Assembly (NCBI GenBank): GCA_964645535.1
Contig: CAZYCQ010000047.1
Span: forward strand, 1 to 27,529
Length of the DNA stretch: 27,529 nt
Direction: 5' to 3'
Source of the DNA: an uncultured archaeon
Lineage (GTDB): Archaea; Asgardarchaeota; Heimdallarchaeia; Heimdallarchaeales; Kariarchaeaceae
Shown: positions 8,364-17,490 of the stretch, in pieces
How the letters are laid out: every line of letters begins with the position of its first letter
How positions within the stretch are numbered: position 1 is the stretch's first letter
Translations under genes and position numbers: made by a program
The notes under the pieces: generated by a model
Databases searched by the model: none
Told to the model about the DNA's origin: nothing
What the model saw: only the letters and a program-made list of their open reading frames with translations

Positions 8364-9830
8364 ATGGTCACCTTTACCGAAGTATTCACAGCATTTTCAC
8401 CCGCCGTGGCTCTTATTGCAGGCGTAATCCTAGTCCTGATCGCGGACTTGGTAACGAAAAATGCTGCAAGCAACCGAAAAATCGTAGTTTCCATAACCTC
8501 TGCCATCCTACTTTTGGCAATCCTTCTTGTTATGAGGACTGAAGCATTGGTAGAAAGCGAAACAGCCATTCCCATGTTCAAATTTGGGCTGTTCTATCAA
8601 ATCTTCTCAATCATAGGACTCAGTGCGTCTATTTTGGTCGTTTTCAGTGCATCCTATGATTTCACTGTGGAGAAAGATTTGGGTATTCTGTCTTCCCTGC
8701 TTCTCATATCAAATGCGGGCGGTATTTTGATAGCTGCATCAAACCACCTGCTTCCACTTTACGTGGGATTTGAGTTGATGGCCATCCCGATCTACGGAAT
8801 GATCGCATATAGGAAGAAAAGTAGGGAGGTTGCAGAGGCAAGCGTGAAATTGTTCCTTCTTGGGGCGGTTTCATCTGGTATTATTGTTTACGGTCTCTCT
8901 CTGATCTATGGGGCTACCGGATCCTTGGCATTTGCCTCCGTAGTTCTTGATAACAGCCAACCGCTAAAGAACGTCGGAATCTATTTGGTGATGTTTGGCA
9001 CTGCCTTCAAACTCTCTTTGGTTCCTTTCCATTGGTGGGTCAGTGACGTGTATGTTGGCGCCCCTGTAAGCATCGTCAACTATCTTGCAGTGGCCTCCAA
9101 GAAAATGGCTTTCACTTTTGCTTTTCAGTTGTTCATGATCAGTTTCATCAATGACACTGATGTTTGGGGTCCCATGCTCGGTCTCATTGTCATCTTGACC
9201 ATTTTGGTCGGAAACGGGATGGCAGTTATTCAAGACCGTGTCATGAGACTCATCGCCTATTCATCAATTGCCCATGCGGGATATATCGCCATTTCCTTGG
9301 TTGCCTACTCTCAATCCGTAGGCCTGCCCAATGAAAACGAACTTAAGGCTCTGGCTCTCTATGCTGGTATCCTTCACATGGTCGCAAATGTCCTCATGAA
9401 AGGTGTGCTGATCGCTGGAGCCTTAATTGTGGTCAATTCATTCGAAAATGATCATATCGAGAATTTCAGGGGAGTCTATCAGAAGGACAAAGTTGTGGGA
9501 GCCACAATGGTAATCTCGCTCCTTTCACTCATTGGAATACCTCCTCTCGGTGGGTTCGTCAGTAAATATTTCTTGTTTGTTGCAGTGGTCAGTCCTGAAA
9601 CGCCTTTGGGTTGGGCAGTTGCCTTCTCCTTGGCAATTGGCAGTGCCATTTCAGTCTATTACTATATTAGACTTGCAAGAGTCATCCTTGATGAACCTTC
9701 AAATGATATCCAACTTGTTCCTGCTACTCCCATTAAAGCTCTAATGGTCGTATTGACAATATTGACACTATTGTTCTCGATTGTTGCTTTCCTTTTGACT
9801 CCCGAGGATATTTTCTCTAATCTTTTCTAG
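8364..9830 (+). CDS. nuoN: Complex I-like antiporter subunit N (ND2)
   Basis: FELMAIPIY, EASVKLFLLGAVSS, FKLSLVPFHWWVSDVY.GAP, RLIAYSSIAHAGY, SLIGIPPLGGFVSK; SD-like GAGGAG. Confidence 0.96.
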   Translation: MVTFTEVFTAFSPAVALIAGVILVLIADLVTKNAASNRKIVVSITSAILLLAILLVMRTEALVESETAIPMFKFGLFYQIFSIIGLSASILVVFSASYDFTVEKDLGILSSLLLISNAGGILIAASNHLLPLYVGFELMAIPIYGMIAYRKKSREVAEASVKLFLLGAVSSGIIVYGLSLIYGATGSLAFASVVLDNSQPLKNVGIYLVMFGTAFKLSLVPFHWWVSDVYVGAPVSIVNYLAVASKKMAFTFAFQLFMISFINDTDVWGPMLGLIVILTILVGNGMAVIQDRVMRLIAYSSIAHAGYIAISLVAYSQSVGLPNENELKALALYAGILHMVANVLMKGVLIAGALIVVNSFENDHIENFRGVYQKDKVVGATMVISLLSLIGIPPLGGFVSKYFLFVAVVSPETPLGWAVAFSLAIGSAISVYYYIRLARVILDEPSNDIQLVPATPIKALMVVLTILTLLFSIVAFLLTPEDIFSNLF

Positions 9831-9837
9831 TAGACGC

Positions 9838-10209
9838 TTAACTTTCATCAATAATTTCATAATCCACTGCTTCATTGGTATCTTTCAATTTTGGTTTCAT
9901 CAAAGTGGATGCAACCTGCTTCACTCCATTTCCTGTCCGTTGCAAAGCTTCACCGGTCTTGGAGCCACTTGTTAGAATTCCTGCATAGAGACCTTGTGCA
10001 AGTCCACCAATGGTGGGGGCTATTCCATTCTTACTGTTTTTCACAGCACCATCAATCATTCTTCCAACAATTCTTAGAGGAGCAACTCCCACCTCCCTGA
10101 AAGTCAATGTGAGTCCAGTGACTACATCCGCCATGCCATCCGCTATTTGGGAGGCAGGTCCCTCTTGGAATTCCTCCGTTTTATCAAAAATTTCCTTGAT
10201 CCAATTCAT
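9838..10209 (-). CDS. Small Gly/Ala-rich amphipathic-helix hypothetical protein
   Basis: 123-aa ATG ORF that fills the gap between nuoN and the divergent DUF998 gene, with GxxxG-like spacing (GGLAQGLYAG). Confidence 0.7.
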   Translation of the reverse strand: MNWIKEIFDKTEEFQEGPASQIADGMADVVTGLTLTFREVGVAPLRIVGRMIDGAVKNSKNGIAPTIGGLAQGLYAGILTSGSKTGEALQRTGNGVKQVASTLMKPKLKDTNEAVDYEIIDES

Positions 10210-10343
10210 TATGTATTAGCCATCCTACTACAAAATAAACTTTCCTTTCTCTGAAATCCTATTTACTTACAATTTTCATTACATTTTTCCCATTGAACTC
10301 TCGGAATTTTTAACAATCCCTTTTCTATTAACAGAGTGTAAAA

Positions 10344-11039
10344 ATGAAAGGCAAATTCGCCCTTTTCAATTACTTGCAGATCTTCTCTTGGACTGGCATC
10401 TTCATTTTGCTTACCGGTTCCATTATTGCTGTCATAGTCACTCCCTCCTTTGATTTAATGAACAGTTACCTCAGCTCTCTCGGTAACAGGCGGAATGTGA
10501 CCACAATTATTTCTGGAAGCAGGATTCAGGCAAGTCCTTACCCTGAAGTCTTCAATATCACCCTTCTTCTCTGTTCAATCTTCCTTATGGCTCCTATTGC
10601 ACTTCAAACCATTCTCTTCAATAATAGGGTGAAAGGGGCTGCCTTTATATTTCTTCACGGAACCTGGTTTGCATGGCTGCTCGCAATGATTGCAATGGCT
10701 GCTGTAGCTATTGCAGATACAGGAACAGATAATTTCCACCATGGAATAGCCTTAACAGAGTTCTTTGGATTGGCTACACTCAGCATTTTATATCGGTTGG
10801 TGATGATCTTTACCTCTGGTTTTGCTTCACAGTTTTCTCTGGTAGATCGCGTTAATTCTGTTTTCCTTGTAGTACTTGGATTGACAAGAGCCATCTATCA
10901 GGAACTATGGACTGAAATTGTGGGTGATTTCATTTTTCAGAGGATTTTTGTGATTGGCTTTCTCATATTCTTGATTGAATTAATCAGGGCAAACAAAAGA
11001 TTTCTAGAGCAAAATTTTGGAACCATGACAGAAATGTAA
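10344..11039 (+). CDS. DUF998-like integral membrane protein
   Basis: TM1 followed by SYLSSLG, then FNITL and a His in the 'NFHHGIA' segment; about 6 TM helices, the DUF998 pattern. Confidence 0.65.
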   Translation: MKGKFALFNYLQIFSWTGIFILLTGSIIAVIVTPSFDLMNSYLSSLGNRRNVTTIISGSRIQASPYPEVFNITLLLCSIFLMAPIALQTILFNNRVKGAAFIFLHGTWFAWLLAMIAMAAVAIADTGTDNFHHGIALTEFFGLATLSILYRLVMIFTSGFASQFSLVDRVNSVFLVVLGLTRAIYQELWTEIVGDFIFQRIFVIGFLIFLIELIRANKRFLEQNFGTMTEM

Positions 11040-11064
11040 ATAATTTCCAAAACAAACTGCCTCT

Positions 11065-11994
11065 GTGCCTAAATGGAACATTGATAACATTCCAGACCAA
11101 ACAAAAAAAGTTGTCGTGATAACTGGGGCTAATTCCGGTCTGGGATTTGAAACTGCCAAGGCAATGGCTTCAAAGGGTGCCCATGTAGTCATGGCTTGTA
11201 GAAATTTGGAAAAGGGTGAGGTAGCCATGACCATGATCAAGAATGCCTTTCCAAAAGCAGTACTTGATCTCAAGCAGTTGGATCTTTCGGATCTTGAAAG
11301 TGTCTCAAGATTTGCAGAGGAATTCAATGAACATTACACTCGGTTGGACATTCTCTTTAACAATGCAGGCTTGATGGCAATCCCTTTCAGAAGAACAAAA
11401 CAAGGATTTGAAATGACAATTGGAGTAAACCACTTTGGTCATTTCGCTTTAACTGGTCATTTGATGTCGTCGCTCTTAATTACTCCCAATTCAAGGGTTG
11501 TTACAACCTCGAGCCTTTTTCACAAAAGAGGAAAAATCCATTTCAACGATATCAATTATGAACATCGGAAATACAAGAAATGGGAAGCCTATGCCCAATC
11601 CAAACTCGCAAACCTTCTATTTGCCTTTGAACTCCAAAAACGACTTGCAAAGGCAGAGAAGAAAACAATTAGTGTTGCTGCTCATCCTGGCTATGCAAGA
11701 ACTCATCTTCAAGAAAAAGGGGCTGAGATGCAGGGACGTAAGATTGCAAAATTCTTTGCAAAAATAGGCAATTTTCTTTTTGCCCAAAGTCCTCAAAAAG
11801 GAGCTTTACCTCAACTCTATGCAGCAACTGCAACCGATGTGCAGGGAGGAGATTACTATGGGCCTTCTGGCCTTTTTGAGAGCCGTGGTTACCCAAAAAA
11901 AGTAAAACCATCAAAAAGAGCAATGGATGAAAATAGTATGGTGAGGTTATGGGATATCTCCGAGGAATTGACCGGTGTCAAATATCCTCTGTAA
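11065..11994 (+). CDS. Short-chain dehydrogenase/reductase (retinol dehydrogenase/WWOX-like group)
   Basis: TGANSGLG, ACRN, LDLSDL, NNAG, VNHFGHFALT, catalytic YAQSK, HPG; GTG start. Confidence 0.95.
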   Translation: MPKWNIDNIPDQTKKVVVITGANSGLGFETAKAMASKGAHVVMACRNLEKGEVAMTMIKNAFPKAVLDLKQLDLSDLESVSRFAEEFNEHYTRLDILFNNAGLMAIPFRRTKQGFEMTIGVNHFGHFALTGHLMSSLLITPNSRVVTTSSLFHKRGKIHFNDINYEHRKYKKWEAYAQSKLANLLFAFELQKRLAKAEKKTISVAAHPGYARTHLQEKGAEMQGRKIAKFFAKIGNFLFAQSPQKGALPQLYAATATDVQGGDYYGPSGLFESRGYPKKVKPSKRAMDENSMVRLWDISEELTGVKYPL

Positions 11995-12083
11995 TGATGT
12001 ATTGAAAAATGGGTCTTTATTATCCGAATATCCAAATACTTCAATAAGAATTTAAATTGTCGAAAAATTAATTATGGTCATAT

Positions 12084-14438
12084 ATGGTGATCAACACCTC
12101 TGATTTACTCATAGAAAATGAAAAGAATTCGTTAGAGTCATTATGTAAAGAAATTGGTACGACAATTCCTGTAGTGGAGAACATTGAGGTTGACCCATTT
12201 GGCGTTGAAATTCGACATGGACATGTAGTGGCTTTGAGTCTTCCAAACATCACATTACAAAAGTTTCCACAAAGCCTATTCCAATTTTCCAAACTCGAAA
12301 AGTTATATCTTGTAAACAATCATCTCTGGGAAATCCCTAATGAAATAGAACGCCTTTCGGAATTGAGAGTTTTGGGATGTTGGGGAAATCTTCTGACCTC
12401 ATTGCCCGAAACCATCGGCAACCTGCAAAATCTTGAAATATTGTTACTCCCTGAAAACAGAATTTCTGATTTGCCTCAAGAATTCGAAAAGCTAAAGAAA
12501 CTAAAGACATTGGGTCTTTGGAAGAACAATGTCAAAAAAATTCCTGTGTCCTTACGTGGGCTCACCTCCTTGGAAACGTTGAAATTCAATGAAAATAATA
12601 TTGAGGAAATTCCTCCATGGCTTGGAAAACTCCAAAGTCTCAAAATCCTTGATCTTTCTGATAATTCAATATCCACTCTTCCATATTCAATCGTTCAATT
12701 GAGGAACCTAGTCGAATTCAATTTATCTGGAAACCCAATCGATGATCTTCCTCCTCTGGAAGGTTTAGACCATCTTGAAACTCTTTATCTCAATGGAACA
12801 AATCTGACACAGCTTGATCTTGAAGGTTTACCGAAACTGAAATGTCTTTTTCTCAATGATAGTGAAATCCAGTGGATAAACGGTTTAGCACATTGTTATT
12901 CTCTTCGTAAGATTAACCTGTCCAATTGCCCTTTTGGTCAGAACCCGACTATCCCATTAAGTGTCGAAGAAATTGACCTTTCATGGAATGATCTCAAAGA
13001 AATACCATCTGATGTACTAAAGTTAGAAAATCTTAGGGTTCTTGATCTGCATTCGAACAACATTGCCTCCCTTCCTGAAAAACTTGCAAGCCAAAAAGGT
13101 CTATATTTTCTTGACCTTTCTGACAATTCTTTGGAAGGTGATCTGGAAATTCTTGCTTCATTTGCCAACCTTGAATTCCTTCTTCTTAAAGGAAATAAGA
13201 TAAAAGAATTCCCTACTTCAATCTGTCATCTGAAATGGTTGCAAAAGCTTGATTTAAGCTATAATGAAATTTCTGCGATACCCCCGGTTATTGGAAACCT
13301 TCTTTCTTTAGAGACTCTGATTCTTCGAAAAACGAAAATCCAAAATTTACCCCTTGAAATAATCAATTTAGACAACCTTTCCTATTTGGATCTTAGTTTT
13401 ACACCTTATCTGCCATTCGAGATGATATATGAAGAACGTGAAGAGGTCAAAGAACTCTTTTATGATCTTTCTGCCGATGTAATGGACGATCCTAATGAAA
13501 AAAGGGAAAATGCACGAATAAGGAAAATGGTTCAACAACTTCTTGAATCCTTGAAAGAAGAAAATCAACTTCTGTTGTTCTCCGAACTTTGGGAGAAATT
13601 CAATTCTTTAGATGATACTCCTAATAAGGCAATCAAAAAGCACGACCGCCTCAATATCTTTGCGTCATATATCGCAGATAGCAAATTCTACCAAAGCCGA
13701 CTCCTACGAATGGAGCTAGAACGTCTTGATCATGACCTATTCGTTTCTGAACTTAGAAACAAGATCTGGAATCAAATGAATCTTCTCTTGGATATGGAGG
13801 AAGCAAAACATACATTCCAAATTGAATTTAACAGATCATTTCGAAAAACCTTGGAAAAGGAGATCGCGTTGAATGCAGATAGGCTTACTCTTGACAAGGA
13901 ATCTGGGCTAATCATGATACGATCCATTGATATCAATAACCAGCAAACGTCTTCGTTCAATTCAATTTCACCAACATATGCTTGCAGGTTTTGCGGGTTT
14001 GTCATGCAGAAAGGAGACATTGAATGTAACCGCTGTTGGACACCTTCGCTATGCAAGAAGTGTGGCTCATCCCTTCCTACAGGTCTTGATGCCTGTCCTA
14101 ACTGCAATACCCCAATTGTCCATTCAAAATGTGGATTGAACATCCCGGTAGGAGCTATAAATTGTAACCATTGTGATGAAGAGATTAAATATTGTTATCG
14201 TTGTGGCCAATCCATTCTCCATAACCTGCTGTTTTGTTCCCACTGTCAAGAACCGGTTGGATACTGCTCGATCTGTAGACAACCATTCCGATACAAGGAA
14301 CGCGTATCATTCTGCCCTGTCTGCCAATCTCCTTTTCATTACACTCATTTTTATGAGGTTATCCGATTGAATGGAAAATGTCCTTTATGTCGCTCATCTG
14401 TTCTAATGCATGAAATAAAAGAAAGGTTCTGGAAATGA
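12084..14438 (+). CDS. Leucine-rich repeat protein with a helical middle region, four zinc ribbons and a C-terminal RING-like finger
   Basis: About 18 LxxLxLxxN repeats (aa ~38-440). CxxC pairs from aa 634. Terminal C-x2-C-x12-C-x2-C-x4-H-x2-H-x10-C-x2-C-R. Confidence 0.9.
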   Translation: MVINTSDLLIENEKNSLESLCKEIGTTIPVVENIEVDPFGVEIRHGHVVALSLPNITLQKFPQSLFQFSKLEKLYLVNNHLWEIPNEIERLSELRVLGCWGNLLTSLPETIGNLQNLEILLLPENRISDLPQEFEKLKKLKTLGLWKNNVKKIPVSLRGLTSLETLKFNENNIEEIPPWLGKLQSLKILDLSDNSISTLPYSIVQLRNLVEFNLSGNPIDDLPPLEGLDHLETLYLNGTNLTQLDLEGLPKLKCLFLNDSEIQWINGLAHCYSLRKINLSNCPFGQNPTIPLSVEEIDLSWNDLKEIPSDVLKLENLRVLDLHSNNIASLPEKLASQKGLYFLDLSDNSLEGDLEILASFANLEFLLLKGNKIKEFPTSICHLKWLQKLDLSYNEISAIPPVIGNLLSLETLILRKTKIQNLPLEIINLDNLSYLDLSFTPYLPFEMIYEEREEVKELFYDLSADVMDDPNEKRENARIRKMVQQLLESLKEENQLLLFSELWEKFNSLDDTPNKAIKKHDRLNIFASYIADSKFYQSRLLRMELERLDHDLFVSELRNKIWNQMNLLLDMEEAKHTFQIEFNRSFRKTLEKEIALNADRLTLDKESGLIMIRSIDINNQQTSSFNSISPTYACRFCGFVMQKGDIECNRCWTPSLCKKCGSSLPTGLDACPNCNTPIVHSKCGLNIPVGAINCNHCDEEIKYCYRCGQSILHNLLFCSHCQEPVGYCSICRQPFRYKERVSFCPVCQSPFHYTHFYEVIRLNGKCPLCRSSVLMHEIKERFWK

Positions 14439-14445
14439 CATTCCT

Positions 14446-14877
14446 TTAAAACTGATTTTTCGATCCATATTTTCCCAATTCCGCAACAATCTGATCCAAA
14501 CTTTCGAAAATAGGAATTCCTAGCTCTTGAATGATCATTTTGACAATGTGGTATGTATCTTCCAAATTGGATGTCGGTTCTTCTCCGTCAATAACTCTCT
14601 CCATTTCCTCTTTGAAGGCTATGAAAGAAAATTCCGTTGGAAATTTTTGATCCAATAGCTTGGCAACCTCCTCATCTTCTCCTGGAGGTTCGATATTTGA
14701 CTGAACTACAGAAAATCTCATTGCATTTATCATCGCATCATAAAGTACTGCAATGGCATGTACAAAATCTCCTTTTTGCAATATTTCTGGCACTTCCACT
14801 ATATGGATTGCCGCTCGAAAAAAATATTCCTCTGAAGGCAGGAGGTCTATATCTTTCATGAAGTTGAAATGTGGCAT
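14446..14877 (-). CDS. Hypothetical all-alpha protein, HEPN-like fold
   Basis: FFRAAIHI...ILQKGDFVHAIAVLYDAMINAMR resembles HEPN helices 1-2. Start set to MPHF (14877) because the longer ORF overlaps the divergent gene. No RxxxxH motif. Confidence 0.6.
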   Translation of the reverse strand: MPHFNFMKDIDLLPSEEYFFRAAIHIVEVPEILQKGDFVHAIAVLYDAMINAMRFSVVQSNIEPPGEDEEVAKLLDQKFPTEFSFIAFKEEMERVIDGEEPTSNLEDTYHIVKMIIQELGIPIFESLDQIVAELGKYGSKNQF

Positions 14878-15033
14878 GAATTGTTGATTACATTCTGAAT
14901 AAAAATATTGTCCAATCATTGAACCTTTTTCACGCCATTTTTTTGTAACAATTCTTCTCCCACTTCCCATCTCCTGAATTCCTTGCATTCGAAAACAAGA
15001 AACTTTATTTAGTTTATTTGAAAGTATTAGGTA

Positions 15034-15552
15034 TTGCAAACCTCACACAACCAAGTATTTTCTGGGCTGTCTTTGGTAGATAAAAAAGATGGCGTTCAGT
15101 ATACTGTTGGGTTAGGATGCTCTTTTACTCCAAAAGTTTTATTGGATGATACTGACCAAGACGTTTTAGTAAAAAAAGCAAATCGAATTCTTGAATCTTT
15201 CACCGATAACCCCTTTCCTTCTATAGGATACATAACCCTGCAAAAAAATTCTGAAGAAGTCCTCTTATACTACAACTATTCTCGATGGATGGTGTTTCTC
15301 ACTCTCGTGTCGTCCAACCTATTGCAGCACTTCCTTGGTTTTAATGCACTGGTGCAAACTTTAAGAAAAATACTTGATAAAGAAACCCCTCCTAAAATGA
15401 AGGTGGAAGAAATCATTGAACAAATAATTCCAAAAACTCAAGCTTTCTATTGCAATAAATGTTCGTATGATACATGTACCACTGGATCACTAAACAAAAT
15501 GCTTGTTCAGAATGTTCCAAATTTATCTGTATTAGATGAGGATCACTTGTAA
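15034..15552 (+). CDS. Hypothetical protein, longin-like domain with C-terminal CxxC-x4-C
   Basis: 172-aa TTG ORF. The hydrophobic pattern fits beta-beta-alpha-beta-beta-beta-alpha-alpha; tail CNKCSYDTC. Confidence 0.6.
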   Translation: MQTSHNQVFSGLSLVDKKDGVQYTVGLGCSFTPKVLLDDTDQDVLVKKANRILESFTDNPFPSIGYITLQKNSEEVLLYYNYSRWMVFLTLVSSNLLQHFLGFNALVQTLRKILDKETPPKMKVEEIIEQIIPKTQAFYCNKCSYDTCTTGSLNKMLVQNVPNLSVLDEDHL

Positions 15553-15711
15553 ATTGGTTTTTACATCATGAACGTCTATTGCATTGATATCTCTGATAAT
15601 TGGAAATTGTCTTTTGCAACTCAATCAACTGTAATCCTCTGTCAAATAACGTTTAAAACCGTTTTATTGTTTGACCAATAAACTCTTATTCCTTGTTTCG
15701 ATTCAGCAATC

Positions 15712-15984
15712 ATGGCGAATAAGATCAAGGCCTCACACATCCTTGTGGATAAACTTTCCTTGGCTGAAGAGATTCATGCCCAAGTCAATAAGAAGAATTT
15801 TGCGGATCTGGCGAGAAAATATTCAACCTGTCCCAGCAAAAAAAGGGGAGGAAATCTCGGTGAATTCGGAAGAGGACAGATGGTCAAGGAATTCGAGCAG
15901 GCTGCCTTTGCATTGGAGGTAGGTCAGATCTCAAAACCTGTCAAAACCAAGTTTGGCTATCATATCATCATGAGAACCAAATGA
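15712..15984 (+). CDS. ppiC: Parvulin-type peptidyl-prolyl cis-trans isomerase
   Basis: ASHILV, FADLARKYSTCPS..RGGNLGEF.RGQMVKEFEQAAF, PVKTKFGYHII; 90-aa single domain. Confidence 0.95.
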   Translation: MANKIKASHILVDKLSLAEEIHAQVNKKNFADLARKYSTCPSKKRGGNLGEFGRGQMVKEFEQAAFALEVGQISKPVKTKFGYHIIMRTK

Positions 15985-16200
15985 TCACTTTCTAAAATGA
16001 TATTGCTTTTGGATTCGGCTGGCATTGCCCATAAATCATTTACAGTGAAATTTGATTTTTTACATTTTGAAGATTTTAACTTAGCTTTCCGTTTTTCTAT
16101 CTATTTTTAAGAGAAAGCTCCTATTCTTCCTCATTTTCAAGATTGTTTTAATACTACTAATTTAAATATAAATTGAAACAATAATGTTTTTTAAATTATA

Positions 16201-17490
16201 ATGCTAATTAAAAGCATGAAATATCTGTCTATCCTTTCAATTTCATTTCTTCTGATAATAGGTGGTGTTTCTATCAAATTACCCCAATCAAATTCCGAAA
16301 TTAAAGTGAACCAATTACCGAATATCCTCTTGGACAAGACTCATGGTTCCTTCGATTTTGATGCAACCAATATAAGCTCTGTTGCAAATGTTGTGGAAAA
16401 TAATTTGACCTTCACCAATGTGCTGGTATCAACACTCGAGAACAGTTCAAGTTATTCATTTGAGTTCAACACTACTGTTCAGAACAACTTTGGGGTGAGC
16501 ATTTATTTTGACAACGATCCAGGCTTTGCATCCGTCAAAATTTCTGGTTCGAGTAGCCTAACGCTTTATGACAATAATGCTTATGCCAAAAATTATATTC
16601 AATCAGTTGCAATGGAACTCTCTCCCGGTACTTACAATCTGACCATCAATTTAGGCAATATCGCTGCTTTTGAATTGGATGCAGGATTTGTACAATCACC
16701 TTATTCAAACCTATCAAATTATGACGCCTTGATCATCAGCAATCCGTATGTAGGGTTGACTCAATCTGAACGCGATGAAATAACCAGCTTTGTTGCAAAT
16801 GGTGGTGGCCTGCTTCTAATAGATGAACATCATGTAAACCATGACCTCGCGTCGATATTCAATATTGAAATTTTTGAGGAAACAATTTACGACCCAACTA
16901 ATAATACAGGGGTTGGATATGAATGGAGACCTATCATCTATAACTTCACTGAACATCCTACCACTGAAGGAGTTTCAGAAATAGCTATTATTGCTGGTCA
17001 TGTATTGAATGTGTCCGGTTATGCATTTCCTCTTGCACGAGGTGATGAAGACTCGTATTCTGCATCATTTCCTGCCGGAACCTTCCCAATTGTTACAGCT
17101 GCCACCTACTATTTTGATGGGAAGATTGTAATCCATAATGATGGAAGTCTGATTGATTTGCAAAGCTACTCAAACGGACTATTCTACAGCAATATTGTCC
17201 AGTGGATTTCAAATAAAGAACCTATTGTTTATTTAACCACGACAGAATATGTGACGGAAACGACATATCAACCTACCACCTACACCATCACAGAAACTTA
17301 TACTGCTACAGACGTTCAAACTATCACAGACGTTTCCACCACTACAATAATTTCCAATGTCACCAAAACAAATGACACCAGTTCTCCACAAGCAGTGTCA
17401 TCTGAACCTAACTTTGCTATGCTACCTGCATTGTCATTTTTCGTAGGGATAATTGCTCTTGTTACGATTATCAAATATCGAAAGAAATAA
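16201..17490 (+). CDS. Secreted, C-terminally anchored surface protein with a DUF4350/GATase1-like domain and Thr-rich stalk
   Basis: N-terminal signal-like helix; ILLDKTHG; LSNYDALIISNP...EITSFVANGGGLLLIDEH; HPTTEGV; Thr-rich linker; PNF-TM-KYRKK; many N-x-S/T sequons. The start may be ATG 16216. Confidence 0.8.
   Translation: MLIKSMKYLSILSISFLLIIGGVSIKLPQSNSEIKVNQLPNILLDKTHGSFDFDATNISSVANVVENNLTFTNVLVSTLENSSSYSFEFNTTVQNNFGVSIYFDNDPGFASVKISGSSSLTLYDNNAYAKNYIQSVAMELSPGTYNLTINLGNIAAFELDAGFVQSPYSNLSNYDALIISNPYVGLTQSERDEITSFVANGGGLLLIDEHHVNHDLASIFNIEIFEETIYDPTNNTGVGYEWRPIIYNFTEHPTTEGVSEIAIIAGHVLNVSGYAFPLARGDEDSYSASFPAGTFPIVTAATYYFDGKIVIHNDGSLIDLQSYSNGLFYSNIVQWISNKEPIVYLTTTEYVTETTYQPTTYTITETYTATDVQTITDVSTTTIISNVTKTNDTSSPQAVSSEPNFAMLPALSFFVGIIALVTIIKYRKK

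Noticed and set aside
3573-9830. Mrp Na+/H+ antiporter or membrane-bound hydrogenase instead of complex I
   Set aside because: The H-J-K-L-M-N order with distinct L, M and N signatures and no MrpE/F/G fits the nuo/fpo type.
12084-14438. Roco/NLR-type LRR protein
   Set aside because: No P-loop GTPase, COR or NACHT motifs follow the LRRs.
15982-16048. Selenocysteine read-through of the parvulin TGA with a SECIS element
   Set aside because: The parvulin domain is complete at the stop, and the hairpin lacks a convincing AUGA/GA kink-turn core and apical AA.
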